Origin: Candidatus Bathyarchaeota archaeon
GTDB taxonomy: Archaea; Thermoproteota; Bathyarchaeia; Bathyarchaeales; Bathycorpusculaceae
Assembly: GCA_963826715.1 (NCBI GenBank)
Contig: CAWGYA010000007.1
Span: forward strand, 192,001-256,000
Length of the DNA stretch: 64,000 nucleotides
Reading direction: 5' to 3'
Within the stretch, counting starts at the first letter, position 1. Every line of letters begins with the position of its first letter. The notes beneath the pieces are model-generated. The model worked only from the letters and a program-made list of their open reading frames with translations. It was not told the origin of the DNA and made no database searches. Below, piece after piece: positions 59,300-64,000 of the stretch. The position numbers were made by a program, and so were the translations under genes.

Positions 59300-59700
59300 A
59301 ACAACCAATCTAAAACCTTACTTCCCTTTTTTTAGTTTTAAACCGAGAGAAATATGGGTTGAAAAGACTTTGGCAATTACTCTGATGAATAAAGCCATAG
59401 TTCATCATTCGTGTTTGCATTTGGAACTCTCCTATCTGCCGAGTCTCAACAAACCATTTCTTTTGGTTAATTTATTTGGACTGCTGCCCGTATTATAAAC
59501 ATGTTGGCATTTTTAGTGTTTTTTTGGACAATTTTATTGTTATAAGCTTTAGAATCGATATTTGTTTGAGTGTATGTATCGGCAATTTTAGTATTTTGAA
59601 CGTTTATCAAAAAATAGCTATTTAATCGATGCGAATGTATCGTTTATATATTTGTTTGAATAAACCAGAGGAATAAATACGCATTAAAATAGGGAAGCAG

Positions 59701-60993
59701 ATGGAGAACGCAGCGGACATCGCATGGCTTCTTATGTCAACCGCAATGGTTATGTTAATGACTCCTGCCTTGGCCTTCTTCTATGGTGGGTTAGTCCGCA
59801 GAAAAAATCTCGTCTCTACACTCGTCCAGTGCATTATTATCTTTGCCGTCGTTAGTTTGATATGGTTTTTTTGGGGCTACAGTCTAGTTTTTGGTCCCAG
59901 TCTAAACGGTATCATAGGCAACCTTTCTCTGGTGGGATTAAACGGTTTAACAATAGACCACATAAACGTAACCTATGCTCCCGCCATCCCTGAAGTATTG
60001 TTTTTCGCTTTCCAGCTAAAGTTCGCCGCTATCACACCTGCTCTAATTATCGGTGCGTGCGCTGAACGCATACGGTTTAAATCCCTGCTGATATTTGTTA
60101 TTCTCTGGTCAACCTTCGTTTACTCCCCCATTGCACATTGGGTATGGAACGCTGACGGTTGGCTGCATGTTTTAGGTGCATGGGATTTTGCCGGGGGGAT
60201 AGTTGTTCATGTAGCTGCTGGTCTCTCCGCCTTGGCGGCGGCTCTAATTGTTGGAAGAAGGCAAGGATGTATTTACTGGAAAGACCAACTCAAAGCACTT
60301 GACCGTAAAGTTAACAACAGTAAAATGCCTGCAATGGGAACTGAATTCAAACCTACCAACATACCCTACGTCATACTTGGTGCAGGGCTTCTATGGTTTG
60401 GTTGGTTTGGCTTTAATGGCGGTAGTGCTTTGGCCGCTGATAATATCGCTGTTTCAGCTGTTATCGCTACCAATTTGGCGGCCGCGGCAGCTGCGGTAAG
60501 TTGGATGCTTCTTGATTGGGTAATAAAAGGCAAACCCTCCGCTATTGGCATCTCTGTTGGGGCGGTTTCGGGTATGGCAGCGGTTACTGCGGCTGCGGGC
60601 TACGTAAACTTTACTGCGGCTGTCCTGATCGGTTTGGCCGCAGGGATAATTTCAAATTTAGTCGCTAACTGGCGAGCGGGGCGCTCTCGAATCGATGATA
60701 CCTTAGATGTATTTGCTTGTCATGGAGTTGGCGGTATTATTGGTGCGGTAGCGGTGGGTTTGTTTGCAACTGCTGCAGTTAACCCTGTAGTTCAGGGTCT
60801 TTTCTATGGCAACCCTGTTCAGCTAGGTATTCAGGTTCTGGCAGTTCTGGTTGTCGCAGCCTTCGCTTTCTTTGGGTCTTATCTTCTCCTAAAGCTGGTG
60901 GATATTTTCTCGCCTCTTCGCGTGAGCCCACAGGAAGAAGATGAAGGATTAGATTTGAGCCAGCATGGCGAAGAAGCTTATCACCTAAACTAG
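59701..60993 (+). CDS. amt: Ammonium transporter (second paralog)
   Basis: Same Amt motifs; both pore His residues retained. Confidence 0.96.
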   Translation: MENAADIAWLLMSTAMVMLMTPALAFFYGGLVRRKNLVSTLVQCIIIFAVVSLIWFFWGYSLVFGPSLNGIIGNLSLVGLNGLTIDHINVTYAPAIPEVLFFAFQLKFAAITPALIIGACAERIRFKSLLIFVILWSTFVYSPIAHWVWNADGWLHVLGAWDFAGGIVVHVAAGLSALAAALIVGRRQGCIYWKDQLKALDRKVNNSKMPAMGTEFKPTNIPYVILGAGLLWFGWFGFNGGSALAADNIAVSAVIATNLAAAAAAVSWMLLDWVIKGKPSAIGISVGAVSGMAAVTAAAGYVNFTAAVLIGLAAGIISNLVANWRAGRSRIDDTLDVFACHGVGGIIGAVAVGLFATAAVNPVVQGLFYGNPVQLGIQVLAVLVVAAFAFFGSYLLLKLVDIFSPLRVSPQEEDEGLDLSQHGEEAYHLN

Positions 60994-61080
60994 TTTTAGA
61001 TTCGCTGGTTTTTATTACTGCTACTGTCGATTATTTTTTTAGATTAAAATTCAGTTTAGATGAGAGCTGCTATCTCCCAG

Positions 61081-61920
61081 CTATTTTCTCAAAAATTCCC
61101 GTTTAACCTCATCTATGCTTGAACCCAAAATTTCGATATTATCTATTTCACCGACTTCTTTTTGGTAAGCGCCTCTAATATGGCTGATTTCATGAGGGTT
61201 AAACCCCATAACTCTGGCGCATGTGGCGTCGGTGGAGACGGGATCTTTACCTGCTATTATTAAATTCATCTTAACGGGCTTTCCATCAGTAGGTCCCCGT
61301 CCTTCCATCGCAACGAATCCATCCACAACTGTCAGGTGAGGTTTTAGAACTGTATTAATGTCAACAATGACTTTACTTATGCCTTTGGTATGATACTTGA
61401 ATTTGAGTTTGTCGGGAAGCATTCCAAACATGTTCTTCATGCCCAATGTCACTTTTGTTGCCATGTGGGTTTTCATTTTGGCGGCACTAATAATGGCTGA
61501 TTCGGTAGCTATACGGGGAACAGTGATTTCTTTGAGGGCGTCGCCGTTGGGAATGGTAATTTTAACTTTGTCTTCTATATGCCTTAGGTTAAGAGTTTTG
61601 ACGCCGTTGCGTTGGCACATTTCAGCCATACCCGTGGCTTCAAATGCTTTATCGGCATTAGTCATGGTTGCGTCAGATTCCACGACAAAGATCTCTACAG
61701 GTAGTTTTTGGAGTCGTAGAATAATTGCTTCAACCATAAGGGGATCTGTTGTAGCGCCAGTATCCCAGGTCATGGTTGTTATAAAGTTGACTTTTATTAG
61801 GACTTTGCGGAAGCCAGCGAGGGCAGACTGGTAGTCTATTAAATCCAGTGCTTCAAACACTGGTTCATGTCCACGTTCACCTCGAACAATTGCAACTGTG
61901 GATTTTGGCTTGGAAAACAT
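61081..61920 (-). CDS. DUF362 domain protein
   Basis: VLIKVN, TTDP, KMKTH...TLGMKNMFG and DGFVAMEGRGP motifs. Confidence 0.85.
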   Translation of the reverse strand: MFSKPKSTVAIVRGERGHEPVFEALDLIDYQSALAGFRKVLIKVNFITTMTWDTGATTDPLMVEAIILRLQKLPVEIFVVESDATMTNADKAFEATGMAEMCQRNGVKTLNLRHIEDKVKITIPNGDALKEITVPRIATESAIISAAKMKTHMATKVTLGMKNMFGMLPDKLKFKYHTKGISKVIVDINTVLKPHLTVVDGFVAMEGRGPTDGKPVKMNLIIAGKDPVSTDATCARVMGFNPHEISHIRGAYQKEVGEIDNIEILGSSIDEVKREFLRK

Positions 61921-61984
61921 AGTATTTAGTGAGTTATCCTATAGCTTTAACCTTTATCCTCTTGTAAGGAGCCAAAATTATCTA

Positions 61985-62932
61985 TTATATTCCTGGAATT
62001 GAGAGACCTACTGATAAAGCGGTTAAGAAACCTGCGGCCAAGCCCATTATGATTGGAAAAGGTAAACCCGGAAAGATGCCTCTTTTTTCAAGCATATAAA
62101 GTGTTAATACAGAGCCTGTCATGATGCCAAATATTGATGCAATCACTGGATAAAGTGAATTTGGAAATCCAAATATCATGGCGCCTGTGAGCATTGAATA
62201 AAATACCAAGTCCCCTAGCCCCATTTGTATTTCCTTGAATGAAAAACTTAAACCCTGCAGCTGGTCAAGTCCAGAGGATTGAGCAATTTTACCCACCGGT
62301 CCCTTATAAACAGCAAACACGTCGTAGATAGCCAAGAAAATCAAAATTAAAACGGCGCTCCACAGCGAGATCCCTGCGATGTTGTAGCCAAAGAACATAC
62401 CTAACGCCCCACCCATTATTATAACGGCAGCGTTGCGGGGAACGTTGCCTAAACGGAAAATTGCTAAATCAAAGGTTGCTGTAAAGAAAAGAGAAAGCGG
62501 AATGATAATTAGCCAATTCCCTATGATTGGAAAGTATTCTGACAGAGCGATTAAATAAACTATTGAAAGCAGCAGTGCGGCTGTAGTTAGTGCAAAAATT
62601 ATTAGACCTTTGATTATTCGCTTACTATTCCGCTTGAGTAGAATATAGAATAAAGTTGCGCTAATTGCTATGAGTACTAAAAAGTAGACCGCGTTTCCCC
62701 AATCAGCACCTGGGGTCCCTGGCGAGATGGGCGTGACCTGCGTGGGAGGTACGGTTTGAGGCAATAATGCAAATGCGCAGACTAACCCAAAAAGTATGCT
62801 TGCCAGTATTGGTAGGATGTAAACGAATTCAAATTTGAATCTGTCCTGTTCGCTTGGTTTAGGTTTACCTTGTTGTTGAGTCACTTGGCTTTCTCCTGTT
62901 TGGGTTCGGTGCTTGTTGTTTGTAGATTGCAA
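61985..62932 (-). CDS. Presenilin-family (GxGD) intramembrane aspartyl protease
   Basis: YD, GLGD and PGLP motifs in a multi-TM protein; start may be GTG 62884. Confidence 0.88.
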   Translation of the reverse strand: MQSTNNKHRTQTGESQVTQQQGKPKPSEQDRFKFEFVYILPILASILFGLVCAFALLPQTVPPTQVTPISPGTPGADWGNAVYFLVLIAISATLFYILLKRNSKRIIKGLIIFALTTAALLLSIVYLIALSEYFPIIGNWLIIIPLSLFFTATFDLAIFRLGNVPRNAAVIIMGGALGMFFGYNIAGISLWSAVLILIFLAIYDVFAVYKGPVGKIAQSSGLDQLQGLSFSFKEIQMGLGDLVFYSMLTGAMIFGFPNSLYPVIASIFGIMTGSVLTLYMLEKRGIFPGLPFPIIMGLAAGFLTALSVGLSIPGI

Positions 62933-63027
62933 CGCTCACAGAATAAGTTTTGTTTTTTCTTACTCAAATCCATTGAAAATCGCCTAAATGCGCCTCGGTT
63001 TTTTAAATAAAGGCGATCATATTTTTT

Positions 63028-64000
63028 TTAAATGTTGAATTGGTCGCCCGTTCGTGGAGCTACTGCTTCCAATCCAAGTTCTGTTCTTGCCCAATTTGCA
63101 AATAGCTCACAATTTCCCTCTGCGCCATGTACCATGTAAACTTTAGGTTTGCCTCCGAGTTTGGCGAGGGCTTCTTTGAGTTTACTTGCACCGCAATGGC
63201 TTGAGAAATCAAAGTGTCGGTATGCTGCTTTGATTTTTCTTACTTTTCCATCGATGGTACAAATTCCTTTTTCCATAAGTTCACATCCGGGAGTGCCTGG
63301 GATTTGGTAGCTAACAAGATAAACTGCGTTTATGGCTTTCTTGCCTAGTTTAGATATGTAAAACGCAGCCGGTCCACCTTTAAGCATGCCCGCAGTTGAG
63401 ATAATAACACCGGGGTTTTCGAGAGCTTTTTTGCGGTCTCGCCAACCTTCTACCCAATTACAACTATGCATGGCGTTCATGAATAGTTTGGGGTCTTTTA
63501 GGAATTCTTTGTAGTTCATTATTACTCGGCTGGCTTCTCGTGCCATGCCATCTATGGTTATAGGGTATTCAAAGTGGCTAGCCGTTAAGATGCATGCCAT
63601 CTCTTGTGCTCTCCCTACACCAAAAGAAGGCACCAGTACGGTTCCGCCAACTTCTACCACAGCGTTGCAGGACTCTACAAATTGCCGCTCCACTTCTTTT
63701 CGTTCGGTATGATTTGCGTCTGCATAGGTGCTTTCTATGACGACTGCGTCTAAATTGTCGTAATCCATTGATGCGCCAGCTAGTAGTTTGCTTTCTTCAG
63801 TGTTAAAGTCGCCTGTGTATAGGAAGCGTTTGTTGTCTGCTTCAATTAGCACCTGCGCACTTCCAGGGGTATGTCCTGCATTAGCCAGCTTCATTTTCAT
63901 GTCTCCAATAGTTTCTTCCTGTCCAAATTCAAGGTGGTGATTGTTTTGCATCATGCTTTCGAGTTCAAGGTATTCAAAGGGGAGGTAGTAGCTGGAAAGG
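63028..64000 (-). CDS. MBL-fold beta-CASP ribonuclease, 5'-truncated by the window edge
   Basis: AGHTPGSA, YTGD, ESTY, GRAQE, GMLKGG, FSSH and VHG motifs. Confidence 0.88.
   Translation of the reverse strand, partial: LSSYYLPFEYLELESMMQNNHHLEFGQEETIGDMKMKLANAGHTPGSAQVLIEADNKRFLYTGDFNTEESKLLAGASMDYDNLDAVVIESTYADANHTERKEVERQFVESCNAVVEVGGTVLVPSFGVGRAQEMACILTASHFEYPITIDGMAREASRVIMNYKEFLKDPKLFMNAMHSCNWVEGWRDRKKALENPGVIISTAGMLKGGPAAFYISKLGKKAINAVYLVSYQIPGTPGCELMEKGICTIDGKVRKIKAAYRHFDFSSHCGASKLKEALAKLGGKPKVYMVHGAEGNCELFANWARTELGLEAVAPRTGDQFNI

Noticed and set aside
1-64000. CRISPR array, rRNA or IS transposase
   Set aside because: No regularly spaced repeats, rRNA-like sequence or transposase ORF was seen.

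Overview
Archaeal chromosomal segment, probably Bathyarchaeia. This assignment is inferred from the archaeal-type LeuRS/IleRS, the presenilin, the expanded secreted PQQ-like beta-propeller family and the integrase family. Housekeeping and anaerobic-metabolism genes (leuS, ileS, gpmI, NfnAB/SudAB, KorAB, nrdR-nrdD-nrdG, two Amt) are mixed with accessory loci. Top finding: an apparently unannotated peptide-prenylation (ComQ/ComX-like RiPP) locus at about 14.7-19.3 kb. A polyprenyl-synthase-fold enzyme lacking the usual IPP-binding motifs is flanked by two tiny convergent ORFs missed by the ORF track: MNTKRAIKKAKPITFGGW (+, 15504-15560) and MKNKKLTRTFGGW (-, 16649-16690). Each has a Shine-Dalgarno sequence and both end in TFGGW. 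A secreted serine protease, an MFS transporter and a radical SAM/SPASM enzyme lie alongside. Other notable loci: a SelD / double-cubane reductase / TusA / DsrE / LysR selenium-sulfur cluster; a ModE-like regulator with an ECF S-component and Cys-less Moco-fold proteins; and two tRNA-linked integrases, one reading through tRNA-Ser with degenerate catalytic residues and followed by a decayed island. All family assignments come from motif recognition by eye; no database search was run.
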